The notes: generated from the sequence alone by a model not told the origin. Numbered from the stretch's first letter, positions 1 through 14,838 are shown. The stretch: DNA of 64,000 bases from Octopus vulgaris (GCA_951406725.2 OX597816.1:73408001-73472000); one strand, 5' to 3'. Program-made: numbers and translations.

Positions 1-399
1 CACTTATTCAATTCAGTGCTAGAAGAAAAATTACCATCTTCGGTTTCAAGACGAAAGGTGTTCTTCCATCGAGACAATTCTCGCCTACATACAGCGAGGA
101 TGACATTCGAAAGGCTGGAGCAGTTTGAATGCGAAATGATTCCACACCCACCATATTCACCAGATATTGACCCATCTAGTTATCATTTATTCCGCAGTCT
201 TCCAAATCATTTGGACGGAAAAAATATTTTTCGTCATGGACAAGTGAATTTTGGATGAAGGGCATTGTAATTTTACCAGATAGATGGAAGAGCATTGTAG
301 AAAATGAAGGAGAGCTTATTTTAGATTAAAAAGGACTTTGTTTATCTTAATTTTGAAAGATAAAAGAAGTATAAAAAGCGCATTGGTTATGGGATGACC

Positions 400-404
<5 letters not shown>
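1..404 (+). mobile_element. Mariner (Tc1/mariner) transposon, 3' part with degraded transposase C-terminus and right TIR
   Basis: ORF 16-258 reads FHRDNSRLHTA...HPPYSPDIDPSSYHLFRSL (mariner HDNARPH and YSPDLAPSD motifs). It is frameshifted downstream and ends in a TIR-like GGTTATGGGATGACCCAA next to (TA)n. Confidence 0.9.
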
Positions 405-463
<59 letters not shown>

Positions 464-466
<3 letters not shown>

Positions 467-957
467 TTGTATACTGTCAATCTAACGAGAACGTGACAGT
501 AGGGGGTACACCACCGTTGTATAGCCCTAGGAGGCATCGAACGCCTCCTGACAGCTTCGACACATTTTTTCCCTGTGTCCTTACATACATATACGAAGGG
601 GAGACAAACACCCCCAACCGCCAGAACTGCATCTAGGGACACCGTGTTTCAGGATCATTGTCCTTCATCGGCCTAGAGTAGCAGACACCGGTCGGCTGGT
701 GATATTTGTCTGGACTTCGTATCTGTATATATGTAAACTCAGTGAAGTCTATTCACTGATTATCAAAATAAGAAATATTGAATTTCTAAATCTCTCGTGT
801 CGAAGCTGTCAGGAGGCGTTCGATGCCTCCTAGGGCTATACAACGGTGGTGTACCCCCTACTGTCACGTTCTTGTTAGATTGACAGTATACAACCATTCT
901 ATCGCCCCACCTCCGTACAGGTCTCTACGAGAGATTTAGAAATTCAATATTTCTTAT
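464..957 (-). mobile_element. Non-autonomous hammerhead-bearing element (retrozyme/Penelope-like) with inverted duplication, between (TA)n tracts
   Basis: 464-563 is the reverse complement of 797-896 (100 bp, 1 mismatch); 768-798 is the reverse complement of 927-957; HHR at 632-677. Confidence 0.8.
632..677 (-). ncRNA. Minimal type I hammerhead ribozyme
   Basis: Minus strand: TCTAGG-CCGATGA-AGGA-CAATGA-TCCT-GAAAC-ACGGT-GTC^CCTAGA. Stem I is 6 bp and stem II 4 bp, both perfect. Stem III is near-palindromic (ACAC-G-GTGT), the cleavage triplet is GUC, and the core has C at position 4. Confidence 0.85.
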
Positions 958-1399
958 ATATATATATTTATATTTATATATTTATAGATACATACATACA
1001 TACTCATATTTTTGTGTATGTATATATATATATATGTGTATGTATGTATGTGTGTGTGTATGTATGTATGTATGTATGTATGTATGTATGTATGTATGTA
1101 TGTATGTATGTATGTATGTATGTATGTATGTATGTGTGTGTGTATGTATGTATGTATGTATGTATGTATGTATGTATGTATGTATGTGTGTATGTATGTA
1201 TGTATGTATGTATGTTGTGTGTGCGTATGAGAAAAATCTACCACGGCTGCTCGAACTTTTGGAACTTTTTGTACTATTCGTACGTCAGTAACCTTGCTAT
1301 TTACTTTTCTGTTTCATTCTAACATGCCTGATCATAAATATTTATTCAATATATGAAACTGTCAATCCATACATACTATTTTCCTCTTCATCTTTTTCT

Positions 1400-1560
1400 T
1401 CTCGCTAAATGCTTTCTCTCCTTATTTCCTTTCTATAGAAGCGCTCAGGCTCGAAACGTCAAATACTTTTATGGTTCCTGAGCCCGAAGCTAATACATCT
1501 TGTTTGTTTACCTGTCTGTGTAATTTGCTTTTTGTTTTATGCACTCAATGTTGAACCATA
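1400..1560 (+). mobile_element. HHR repeat family H1, degraded copy
   Basis: TTTCTATAGAAGCGCTCAGGCTCGAAACGTCAAA plus downstream GAGC...CTAATACATCTTGTTTGTTTACCTGTC match the copies at 10465, 42200, 51475 and 59150. Confidence 0.6.
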
Positions 1561-1629
1561 TATATGTACGCACACACACATGCATATACATATACATATA
1601 TACATATATACATATATATACATATATAC

Positions 1630-2631
<1,002 letters not shown>

Positions 2632-3130
2632 GCACGAAGCTTTGTCAGTGAACAGGTCGCGGCCTCAAAGCGACGAAAATATTTTGACAAATTAAATTTT
2701 AAATGTTGAAGTGAATCTAACGGTTTTGTGTGTTTCTTAAATGGCTTCCACGCTGCAATTGTTTTCATTCCAGCACACGATCTCAGATCAAGTCACTTGC
2801 TATGCAAGTACATCTCCGTAATATATATATATATGTAAAATCAATATCAGACATAATTTATTAAAGTTCAATAAATTTCATCAAATAAATTAAATGAAGC
2901 AGATTGGATGTTAAAATGGATTATGCTTTTATTTCATATTCCCAGACAAATGTCTCTGACAAAAGGACCAAGATTTCCACAAAGAGAACATCAAAAAGGT
3001 CGAATTTGTATTCTTCAGTAGGTGAGATTTAAAGGAAAATAAGCAGGAAGAGTTTAAAATATACATAGAACTTTATCGTTATTATTTATGTATATATTCC
3101 TTCTTCCACTTTTGATTATTTAAATCGCGA

Positions 3131-3166
<36 letters not shown>

Positions 3167-3174
<8 letters not shown>

Positions 3175-3317
3175 ATGTTACATTACTCGGTAGTCAAGAT
3201 AAAACTCAGAGTTTTATCTTGACTACCGAGTAATGTAACATATTGTATAGATAAATTTCCTCTATTTACATAATATTGAGGTCTCTTTCTTTCTTTTGTT
3301 ATCTTACCGTTTTATCA

Positions 3318-3318
<1 letters not shown>
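3167..3318 (+). mobile_element. Fold-back fragment of an HHR repeat family (same family as 59345-59500)
   Basis: Perfect palindrome 3167-3249 centred on A3208; 3205-3310 matches the reverse complement of 59347-59455; flanked by (TA)n. Confidence 0.75.
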
Positions 3319-3380
<62 letters not shown>

Positions 3381-3854
3381 TGTGTGTGCAATATTTACAG
3401 GCACTCAAGTTCTTTAATTTGTAATATCGGGGAAAAAATTCTGGTTTTCTGGTTTTTGAAGGATTGCTACTTCCAAGAAATTCAGAGCATGTTCTAATTT
3501 AAATTTTCATAAAAATACACAAAACATTAGACAAATTTTGAACGTAGAATACGATATAACTTTTACGTCTGCGTAAATATGCATTTATTCAAAATGCTCA
3601 ACTAATTTACATTCTTCGAATGAATTATGAATCTAATCAGAAACTAATATTCTTCATTATTAATAAATTAATTTTTTTTTTTCAATTCAAAATAATACTT
3701 TGTGCTTTAAAAAGTATTAGAAAGAGTTACATCGTGTATTTCTCCTTGGAAAGATTCAAAATTTAAAATAATCAATGACTTATAGCTTGTTACATACAGA
3801 CATACATACATACATACATACATACATACATACATACATACATACATACATACG

Positions 3855-3949
<95 letters not shown>

Positions 3950-4557
3950 ATATATCCATAAATACATACATACGTTCATATAACATATGCAAAAGACAAA
4001 CCTTTCTATTAATGAATATAAATGTGTGAGTGTGTGTGTCTGTGCGTGTATACTTGCTTAACTGTTTGTGCATGTGCAATTCGTTTCTTAGTGTGTGTAT
4101 ATACTACATTTATATATAACTTCCTGCTTGGCATACTTTCAGACGAAGTTTTGTTTTTGCGTATGAATAAGTTATTCAGTTGTATATTATCTTGTTCAGA
4201 GTAATTTCCATATACAAGTATGTACAACTAGATACACATGCATCTATAAAAATAATTATTTAAACAAAAATTTATTAATTCGCATACGTAAATAATATAT
4301 CAGTTTATATACTCACAAACATGTACAGACCTGTGGTTAGCGATATTTACACACTGATTGAGGCACAGACAAATGCGATGATAATAGTTTGTTTATGAGA
4401 ACCGACAAGTGAACAAGGTCGGAAAAATTTGTTTGATCTCTCCGCCATATTCTCTCTTTACTTGTACGTCTCTTTCTTTTTGACTTCCCACTACTTCAGT
4501 TATTCTTATCGTTCTCTCCCTCTCTCCCTCTCTCCTTCTCTCCCTCCTCTCTCTCCT

Positions 4558-4603
<46 letters not shown>

Positions 4604-4607
4604 GTAC

Positions 4608-5075
4608 CGGCACAGGCGTGGTTGTGTTATAAGAAGCTAAGTTACGGGGACGCAAATATATCAACTCCGGTTGTGAAGCGGTGGTGCGAGACAAGCACAA
4701 CGACGGCGGGGGGGGGGGGCTTCTTTCAATTTCCGTCTACCACATTGTTCCGAATCCAGTTGCTCTGTGTGGCACCTTGGGCAAGCGTTTTCTACTATTG
4801 CCTCGGGGTGACCAAAGGCTTGTGAATAGATTCGGTAGATGGAAATTGAAAGAAGCCCGTCGTTGTGTTTGTCCCCCATCACCGCTTCACAGACGGCGTT
4901 GATATGTTTGCATCCCCGTAAAATTAGCGATTAGGCAAAAGAGACCCATAGAATAAATACTGGGCTTAAAAAATAAACCCTGAAGTCGATATGTTCGACT
5001 TCAACCCTTCAAAGCCGTACTGCAGCATAGGCGCAGTCAAATCACTGAAACAAGAAAAAGAATAGAAGAAAAGAA
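4608..5075 (+). mobile_element. tRNA-derived SINE family B, diverged/rearranged copy
   Basis: GGCACCTTGGGCAAG...GACCAAAGGCTTGTG...GAAAGAAGCCCGTCG and tail GGCAAAAGAGACC...CAGTCAAATCACTGAAACAAG match the full copy at 42563-42972. Confidence 0.7.
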
Positions 5076-5156
5076 GAATATATATTTGTGTATGTGTGTG
5101 TGTGTGTGTGTGTGTTTGTGTGTGTATGCGTATATGTGTGTATGTGTGTGTGTACA

Positions 5157-5462
5157 TCTTTATATATAAAATTAAAGTTGTGTGTGTGAGACTCTGTCTC
5201 CTCCGATTTAGATTCCTAACTACTCCCACATTTTGCGGTGTAGTTTAACCAAAAGCGGGTATCTTATAATCGTCATTCATATCGAGCCCTTCTGGGTATT
5301 AGCGCGCGTCTACGATGAGTCTACGATTTAAAAAAAAAATTACCATCATTTTTCCGCATTATTAATGAGTTTTACTCGGGTTATATAAGGGATGTAACTC
5401 TCTAAAAATGCTTATATAGTTATTTCCCTTACAAAGCCGAGCAACGCCGGGCGATACTGCTA

Positions 5463-5463
<1 letters not shown>
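5157..5463 (+). mobile_element. Short non-autonomous Helitron
   Basis: A|TC 5' end; GC-rich subterminal hairpin-like CCGAGCAACGCCGGG about 8 nt before CTAG|T; no TSD or TIR. Confidence 0.7.
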
Positions 5464-5500
<37 letters not shown>

Positions 5501-5549
5501 AGAGAGAAAGAAACAGAGCGATTGATAGACAGACAGACAGACAGACAGA

Positions 5550-5703
<154 letters not shown>

Positions 5704-5704
5704 G

Positions 5705-6300
5705 ATTAGGCATTGGTTTTCTTCAGTGTGCATCAGTCTTTCCATTTCAGCTTTTAGTCCAGAGCATTTGAGCACTTGTTGGCTTTTTCTTAGGCTCACT
5801 TCTCTGTCAAGAGAATTATTGGCATGGCGATCGTATTTACCCCTAGTAACTTATTTTTAGCATTGCGTTTATTGATTAATATTCATCTAACTCTTCTGTA
5901 ATACTTTTTCCAAATGTTCTCTTTCTGTTATAATTTAGCTGCTTCGCCTATTCCTAGGTATTTGTATGGGCAGTTGTGGTGTAATTCTGTGATTTCTGTC
6001 TTTGTCGAGTGCAGGGCTTTCAGTGCTGATTAATTTGCTTCTTCTCAGTGTGACTTCGGCACATTTGTCCAGCCCCATGCTCATCCCGATGTCTTTGCTG
6101 AATCTATGGACAATTTTTAGGCTTCTGTGTTCAGTGGTATTTTTAGCGAAAACTTTTAAATCATCCATATACATGAGATGGTTTATTGTTTGTCCATAAC
6201 ATCTGTAACCCATACTGGTTTCATTTAACAAGTTTTTTTAGCAGGATCAGAGCAAGGCAGAAAAGTAGGGGTGATGTCGTTTCTCCTTGGATAATCCTCA
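5705..6300 (-). pseudogene. R4/Dong-like non-LTR retrotransposon reverse transcriptase fragment
   Basis: Minus strand: IIQGETTSPLLFCLAL, NHLMYMDDLKVFAK, DIGMSMGLDKCA, YKYLGI across frameshifts; abuts (ATT)n. Confidence 0.85.
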
Positions 6301-6385
<85 letters not shown>

Positions 6386-6386
<1 letters not shown>

Positions 6387-6985
6387 AATGCCCTGATGCA
6401 GTAAATGCCCTGATGCAGTACATGCCCTGATGCAGTACCAGGCAGTGGCTCTCATGGCTTCTGATCTTAACTGATTGGAAGAGTTATCATGTACATTGTT
6501 TTGTCTTGGTATCAAAGATGGGCTACAGCAAATATTCTGCTCAATACCACAGATCTGCTTGTCAGTTGTTTCACCTTAACCAGTTGAGCATATCCCTTAG
6601 TGGCTGGCGATATGTGCATCTCTGCACATATCATCACAAGCAGAAGTAGTGGGGGAGCATCATAGCCATGTGTTGAAAGGAATTCTTGGAGGTTTGGATA
6701 AGTCACCTTTGAAAACATGGGTAGTTCGTTCAACATCCTTAAACAATCCTTATTCAGGGACCCTTTGAGTGGGATGGGCTACTCGACCAGAAGAAAATTC
6801 TAACTGGGCCCCACCTGCAAGGTCATGCGTTGTTTATCTTGATAAAAGATCATCATGTCGCACACATATGTATGTGATGCATGTGCCTAGTGTACCCTAA
6901 TCAGACGGGTAGTCATGATGGGTATACTGGGCTTCGTATATTTTACCCCAGTGTCACTTTAATGGCATGCACTGCCCTCTCACTC
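6386..6985 (+). mobile_element. ~600-bp non-coding element between oppositely oriented TAA tracts (putative non-autonomous retroelement)
   Basis: Sharp boundaries against (ATT)n on the left and (AAT)n on the right; begins with three copies of ATGCCCTGATGCAGTA; no credible ORF. Confidence 0.4.
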
Positions 6986-8135
<1,150 letters not shown>

Positions 8136-8234
8136 AACTACTACTACTACTACTACTACTACTACCAATATTATTCTCATCATCATCATCATCATCATCA
8201 TCATTATTATTGTTGTTGCGATTATCATTATCAT

Positions 8235-8712
8235 TTATGGATTCCTTTCGTAATAACTTTATTTCAGCTGCCTTAGTACCGGGCCAAGAGTAGCAAGGAC
8301 ACTTTTGTCTTGCTCTGCATGCCAAAATTATCACCACATTTATTCCATTTTAGATGGAGAGTGCTTTCCATAGTATATGGGTTGTACCTATCAAGGTTAT
8401 ATTTTGTTGTTCACGGAGATTGGAGTTACGAGGGAGTTGCTTAATATACTTCTCAGCTCCCTTCTTTATCATTCCCAATGCACCAGTTACTACTCGTATT
8501 ATGGTAGTACTAAGCTTCCAAATTTTTGTGATTTCAATTTGCAGATCTTTATAGTGAGAGAGCTTTTCGTATTCCTTTCTCGAAACATTTTGATCTTGTG
8601 GGACTGGCATATCTATTAACAGACAAGTTCCTCTGTTGTAGTCCTTGATCACAATGTCTGGTCGATTTGAGCCAAATTTTCTGTCTGTTTGTATTGGGGT
8701 GTTCCAAAGGAT
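8235..8712 (-). pseudogene. R4/Dong-like LINE 3' end (RLE domain and 3' UTR), 5'-truncated
   Basis: ILWNTPIQTDRKFGSNRPDIVIKD...LLIDMPVP...EKLSHYKDLQIEI...VVTGALG (PD-D/ExK-type RLE), stop at 8350; bounded by TAA/TGA repeats on both sides. Confidence 0.85.
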
Positions 8713-8747
8713 TATTATTATTATTATCATCATCATCATCATCATCA

Positions 8748-8874
<127 letters not shown>

Positions 8875-9333
8875 TATTATTATTATCATTATTATCATTA
8901 TTATTTATATATTTATTTATATATTCTGAGACCTGAACGATGAGAAGCAAAGTCGATTCGGATGGGAATTAAACTCAAAATGCGAAAGTAACAGACTAAA
9001 CCTCACAAGTCATTTAGTTCGGTTTGCTATAAGGTTTTGTCATTTCACTGCTCTTAAATCTAATAAAATATCATATTATTTCGTAATTTGTTGTTGTGTT
9101 GTTACCATTGTTTATTTCAGTTCAGAGAAGATTTACATGACAATAGAATAAACAGCTTAATGTATTTTACATTCTGTTGCAAGTCTTTGAGATTTTCAAT
9201 TGATTTTCTTCTTTGGATTACATTCGACAAAATGTCTGGCATCGAGTGCTTTCGTAGCTAAGAACCATGAAAAATGTACCGAATATTTGCGCTCTACAGA
9301 TTTTTTAATATACACGCGCGCGCACATACATAA

Positions 9334-9390
<57 letters not shown>

Positions 9391-9394
9391 TACA

Positions 9395-9604
<210 letters not shown>

Positions 9605-9839
9605 TTATCTTTTCTTCGTCCGAAATGAAATTTCAATTTCTTGTTAAAGTTTCCGATCATCTATTGGTGTTCTTGATGTATATGATGCCATCTGTGGAAA
9701 CTTACTATTTACAGGACTTACAATATCACAACTAACCTGACATTCAAATAACATTTAGTATGAAATTATATACTCTGTATGTGTGTGCGTGTATGTGTAT
9801 GTGTGTGAGTGCGTAGTCTGTCTATATAGACAGATAAGC

Positions 9840-9948
<109 letters not shown>

Positions 9949-9951
9949 GAT

Positions 9952-10166
9952 AATGTTCCTTCTCGAGTCCTGTAGACTCATATAGATGGTTTCCCGGTTT
10001 CTGTGGCGTATACATTCTCCCACCTAAACGAGACACAGGTCAGTCACAGGATTACTCATTTTTGCCATCTGAGTGGACTGGAGCAACGCATCAGCCAGTC
10101 CATGAATCGAAGAAACAATCTTACGATCATGAGTCCAGCACTCTAACCACTAAGCCACGTGCCTCC
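9952..10166 (-). mobile_element. tRNA-derived SINE (family-C-like head; tail shared with 20506-20812)
   Basis: Minus strand GGAGGCACGTGGCTTAGTGGTTAGAG (A box), TTCGATTC (B box), tail GAAACCGGGAAACC...ATGAGTC...CTCGAGAAGGAAC. Confidence 0.7.
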
Positions 10167-10439
10167 ATAATTATATACTATACCGTTAATGCAACCATAA
10201 AGCTCAACATCCACCAAACTTCACATCTTCGCCATCATATCTCCAACACCTCCAAGACATACAGAGCCCCGGACATGCTAAGATCACAATTTCATCACCT
10301 TCTCTAAACGCAACACTTCCATCAACTTTGCGTATGCGTCTGTAAACACCGTTATTATCTCCCTTACAATCACCCTCTTCTTTCTTTTCATTTCGTAACG
10401 TTAAACCGTTACACCCTACACATTTCATTCTTCCTTCTC

Positions 10440-10590
10440 CGCTTTTTCGTTCTCCATTATTTCCCTCTCTGTAGAAGAGCGTAGGCCCAAAGAATCAAGG
10501 ACTTTTCCTTCTTCCCGACCATGAAACTAATTCACCTGCTTGTTGCACTCTCACCTGTCTTCAACTTTCGTTTTCTGTCAATACGAACTA
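10440..10590 (+). mobile_element. HHR repeat family H1, degraded copy
   Basis: CTGTAGAAGAGCGTAGGCCCAAAG and tail CTTCCCGACC...AAACTAATTCACCTGCTTGTTG...ACTATATA. Confidence 0.55.
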
Positions 10591-10596
10591 TATATA

Positions 10597-11847
10597 TTAG
10601 TTTGGCAATTAAGTTCCCACCGTTTTTCCTTTTTTCTTTATAAAATTTAAATTTTTTAAAAGTTTTAATAAAACATAACAACTAATTGATCAATAATGTG
10701 TTCACCCTTGCTGTTTACAACTTCTCCCCAACGTTCAACAAGATTTTCAATACCTCATTGATAGAAATCACCCGATTTCGACTCGAAAAATTGATCCAAC
10801 CAAGCTCTCAATTCTGCATCAGTATTGAACAAAACTCAGCGCATAGCATTTGAAAGAGATCGAAAGGGGTAGAAATCCGTTGGTGCCAAATCAAGAGAGT
10901 ACGACGGGTGTGGAAGCACTTCTCAGCCATGCGATTGAATGGATCCTTGATCATATTGGCGATATGAGGGCGAGCGTTGTATTGCAGCAGAAGAACTCCA
11001 TGCTGACGATTAGGTCTTTTCTCTTAAATAGCCGTGTTGAGTCATTCCATCTATTGAACATAGAGTCCGCGTTGAACGTTTGGTTCCGTTCAAGCAATTC
11101 GTAATGGATAATCCCTTCCCAGCCCCACCGTACGCACAACATCGTTTTACGCGGATGAAGATCTTGTTTCACGCGCGGTGTCGCTTGTTTGCTAGGGCTA
11201 AGCCATTCCTTATGCTGCTTCATATTGATGTACAGGCACCATTTAACATCGCCAGTAACGAAATCGTTGCTTGTGTCCATGAGTTGAGCGGTGACGAACA
11301 AGCAAACCAGCGGAGATTGTGGCTCGTTGATTTTTGTTGTTATCACTTAAAGCATGCGGAACTCATGCTCCATACTTCTGAACCTTTCCCATCGGGTGAA
11401 GATGCTTCTCTATAGCAGTGTAGGAGCAGTTCCCTTGTCGATTGACGAGAATTTTCGTGCAAAAGTTGGTTTAATCGCTCTTTATCGAACTCAACGGGAC
11501 GGTCAGAATGAGGTGCGTCTTTGAGGTCAAAATGTCCATTTTTAAACTTGGCATACCAAACACGAGCGGATCTTTCAGCTATGACACCCTCTCCATACAC
11601 ATCACAAATGCTGCGAGCAGCTTTTGCGGCCTTAGAAACATGATTAAAAGCAAAAAGGAGCCGTCGAAAATGCTCGTTTTTCTAAACTTGACATTCCATT
11701 TTAATGATCTGAAAATAAACAAAATTTAACTAAAATTAACTAGAAAAAAAATACAAAATAGATTCCAAAATGATTTTAAAATAGAATTCTCGAAAAAAAT
11801 AGATTCCAAAATTTAAAAAATCGGCGGGAACTTAGTTGCCAAACCAA
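10597..11847 (-). mobile_element. Full-length but inactivated mariner transposon (~1.25 kb)
   Basis: TIRs TTAGTTTGGCAATTAAGTTCCCACCG / CGGCGGGAACTTAGTTGCCAAACCAA with TA flanks. Confidence 0.93.
10682..11699 (-). pseudogene. Mariner transposase pseudogene
   Basis: ATG at 11699; VYGEGVIAERSARVWYAKFKNGHFDLKDAPHSDRP, VTGDVKWCLY, KTMLCVRWGWEGIIHYELL, YNARPH, HPSYSLDLAPTDFYPFRSL; several stops and frameshifts. Confidence 0.9.
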
Positions 11848-11985
11848 TATATATATATATTAAGGCAATCGAAAATTTAAAAACAAAAACTCACAAATAA
11901 CAACACAAAAAAGTCAAAAGGACATACGCATGTTATGTATTAGCTTTACGCTCAATAAAGGCGGGAGAATAGAGTTGGTCTATAC

Positions 11986-12045
<60 letters not shown>

Positions 12046-12093
12046 CGTTTGGGGATTTGGTTTGCAAGATTCTTTATGTGAGTACGTGTTTCT

Positions 12094-12292
12094 GGGGAGA
12101 GTCATTCTCTTTTAGTGCCTTATAATTTAACACTCACCGGTAAAATTTCCACTTATTTCTTTTATTTTTCTAAAACCTTTTCAATAGTTGCAAAACCGAT
12201 GAAAATTTTAGAAAAATAAATAAGTGAATGAGTGGAAATTTTACCGGTGAGTGTGTTAAATTAACAGGCACTAAAAGAGAATGACTCTCCCC
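12094..12292. repeat. Fold-back inverted repeat (~85-bp arms) in (TA)n context
   Basis: GGGGAGAGTCATTCTCTTTTAGTGCCT...CACCGGTAAAATTTCCACT versus AGTGGAAATTTTACCGGTG...AGGCACTAAAAGAGAATGACTCTCCCC. Confidence 0.85.
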
Positions 12293-12325
<33 letters not shown>

Positions 12326-12728
12326 ATTCGCTTCTATACTTTTATATCAAGCTTATAGAGACATGTATGCATGTATATATGCGTATGTATTATATACATA
12401 CATACACAAGTGCACATATGCGTACATTTATTTTTTAACACACTCCTGAACGCGTGAAAGGTTTTCACTGTGGGATATTGCTTCAGAGAAATATTTTCTC
12501 TCCATAAACGTCCCCAGGATCTCGGCTCAATATGATTTTTTAGAGACAAAATATTTAGTGTGAAAAATAATTTTTCCTGCAGGAAAAATCCCGCAGCGAA
12601 TGCCTTTCATGTTCTGGTGTACACGTGTGTGCTACAAATAAATGCACACAGCCATATTTTGACCTCGCTGCTTTGTTTGCACATACTGTTGCGATGTGTA
12701 TATGTGTGGGTGCGAGTGTTTATATATT

Positions 12729-12806
<78 letters not shown>

Positions 12807-12847
12807 TATATACATACATATACGTACATACCTACATATATATATAT

Positions 12848-13900
12848 GAAGATCAGAAAATGCGCAGATATGAAATTTGCTTGTCGCTTCTTCTCCGTAA
12901 CGAGAGCGACCGATTTCTCAACCGTATTGTAACTTGCAATAAAAAGTGGATTCTGTACAATAATAAAGAAAAAACGTTCTTTGCAGTGGTTGGACCAAAT
13001 GGAAGCACTAAAAGCCTTCCATAAACCCAAGATCTTCAAAAAGAGCATGGTGGTGTACTGCTGGACTCATCTACTATAACTTCTTAAAACTCGGAAAAAT
13101 CATTACTTATTTCCTTACTACTCACTAGGGGCTAAACATAGAGGGGACAAACAAGGACAGACAAACGGATTAAAACAATTATATCGACCCCAGTGCGTAA
13201 CTGGTATTTATTTAATCGACCCCGAAAGGATGAAAGGCAAAGTCGACCTCGGTGGAATTTGAACTCAGAACGTAACGGCAGACGAAATACCTATTTCTTT
13301 ACTACCCACTAGGTGCTAAATACAGTGAGCACAAACAAGGACAGACAAACGGATTAAGTCGATTATATCGACCCCAGTGCGTGACGGGTACTTAATTTAT
13401 CGAACCCGAAAGGATGAACAGCAAAGTCGAACCAGCGGAATTTGAACTCAGAACGTAACGGCAGACGAAATACGGCTAAGCATTTCGCCCGGCGTGCTAA
13501 CGTTTCTGCTAGCTCGCCGCTGCCGGAAAAACCATTACTGCAGAGACATATTGCCATGAAATTGCCAAAATGAACGAAAACTGCTACACATCTGTCCCAG
13601 ACTGGTCAACAGAAGAGGGCCAGTCATTGTTCATGACAATGCTCGACCACATGTTTCACTAATGACGCTTCTAAAGTTGAGGGAACTTGGATACAATGGT
13701 CTTCCCCGCCTAGATTATTCCCCAGCACTTTCCCCTATCGATTGCCACTTTTTCAAGTACCTTGTTGGTTTCCTCCGAGAGGAGTTAAAAAATAAAACCG
13801 ATGCTGAAAGTGCGTATAAACAAACTTGTAACTCGTTGGCAAAAATGTGTTGATTGTAATGGTACTTTGATGAATAAAATTTCCGCATTGTTGAAATTTA
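12848..13900 (+). pseudogene. Degraded mariner transposase fragment interrupted by a SINE dimer
   Basis: [34 protein letters not shown] before the insert; HDNARPHVS...LPRLDYSPALSPIDCHFF...RWQKCVDCNG after it. Confidence 0.85.
13107..13521 (-). mobile_element. SINE family A dimer with target-site duplication
   Basis: Two head-to-tail units; flanking CGGAAAAATCATTACT (13092) / CGGAAAAACCATTACT (13524). Confidence 0.85.
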
Positions 13901-14170
13901 TTGTGAGGAATTTCATATTTCAAAACGATGCTTATCAAAGTTCCACAAATACTATTTGTAATTCTGTTTTGCTTTATATGGGAACATATGTCGCTCAAGG
14001 ACTTCGGTTGGAACAATTTTCGTAAACTCTCATATTTATGTCCTTTATTAAATTCATTCACTTGTTAAACATAAATAAATCTTGGGATTAAATGGTTTTG
14101 ATTTACTGAAACCAATTAATGACGTAGGGTGAGGTATGCCTGTATATATATATGTGTGTGTGTGTAAGTG

Positions 14171-14201
<31 letters not shown>

Positions 14202-14359
14202 ATTTATGTGTGTATATATATGAATATATACATATGTATATATATATATACACATATATATATATATGTGTGTGTGTATGTGTGTATATATATATATACA
14301 TATACGTGTATATATACATATACGTGTATATATACATATACGTGTATATATACATATAC

Positions 14360-14402
<43 letters not shown>

Positions 14403-14405
<3 letters not shown>

Positions 14406-14711
14406 GTGGCTGTGTGGCAAGAAGCTAGTATTAGGTCCAGTCTCATTGCGTGGAACCTTGGGCAAGTGTCTTTTACTACAGCCACGGAACGACCAAAGCC
14501 TTGTGTAGACGGAAACTGAAAGAAGCCCGCTGTAAAGATATATATATATATATATATATATAGCTTTGGTCTTACTATAGCCACGGAACGACCAAAGCCC
14601 ACTGAAAGAAGCCCGCTGTAAAGATATATATATATATATATATATAGCTTTGGTCTTACTATACCACGGAAAGCCTTGTGTAGACGGAAACTGAAAGAAG
14701 CCCGCTGTAAA

Positions 14712-14713
<2 letters not shown>
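14403..14713 (+). mobile_element. SINE family B head with local triplication
   Basis: CGTGGCTGTGTGGCAAGAAGCT head; GAAAGAAGCCCGCTGTAAAGA(TA)n occurs three times. Confidence 0.7.
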
Positions 14714-14773
<60 letters not shown>

Positions 14774-14838
14774 CGGGAAGCTTTATGAAAATAGACAAAA
14801 GACGAAGGCAGGTGGGAAACAAACAAACAATTGTATTA

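Noticed and set aside
2960-3025. Minus-strand CTGAAGA...GAAAT hammerhead-like motif
   Set aside because: Stem II is plausible but stem I does not pair and stem III is broken; too decayed to call.
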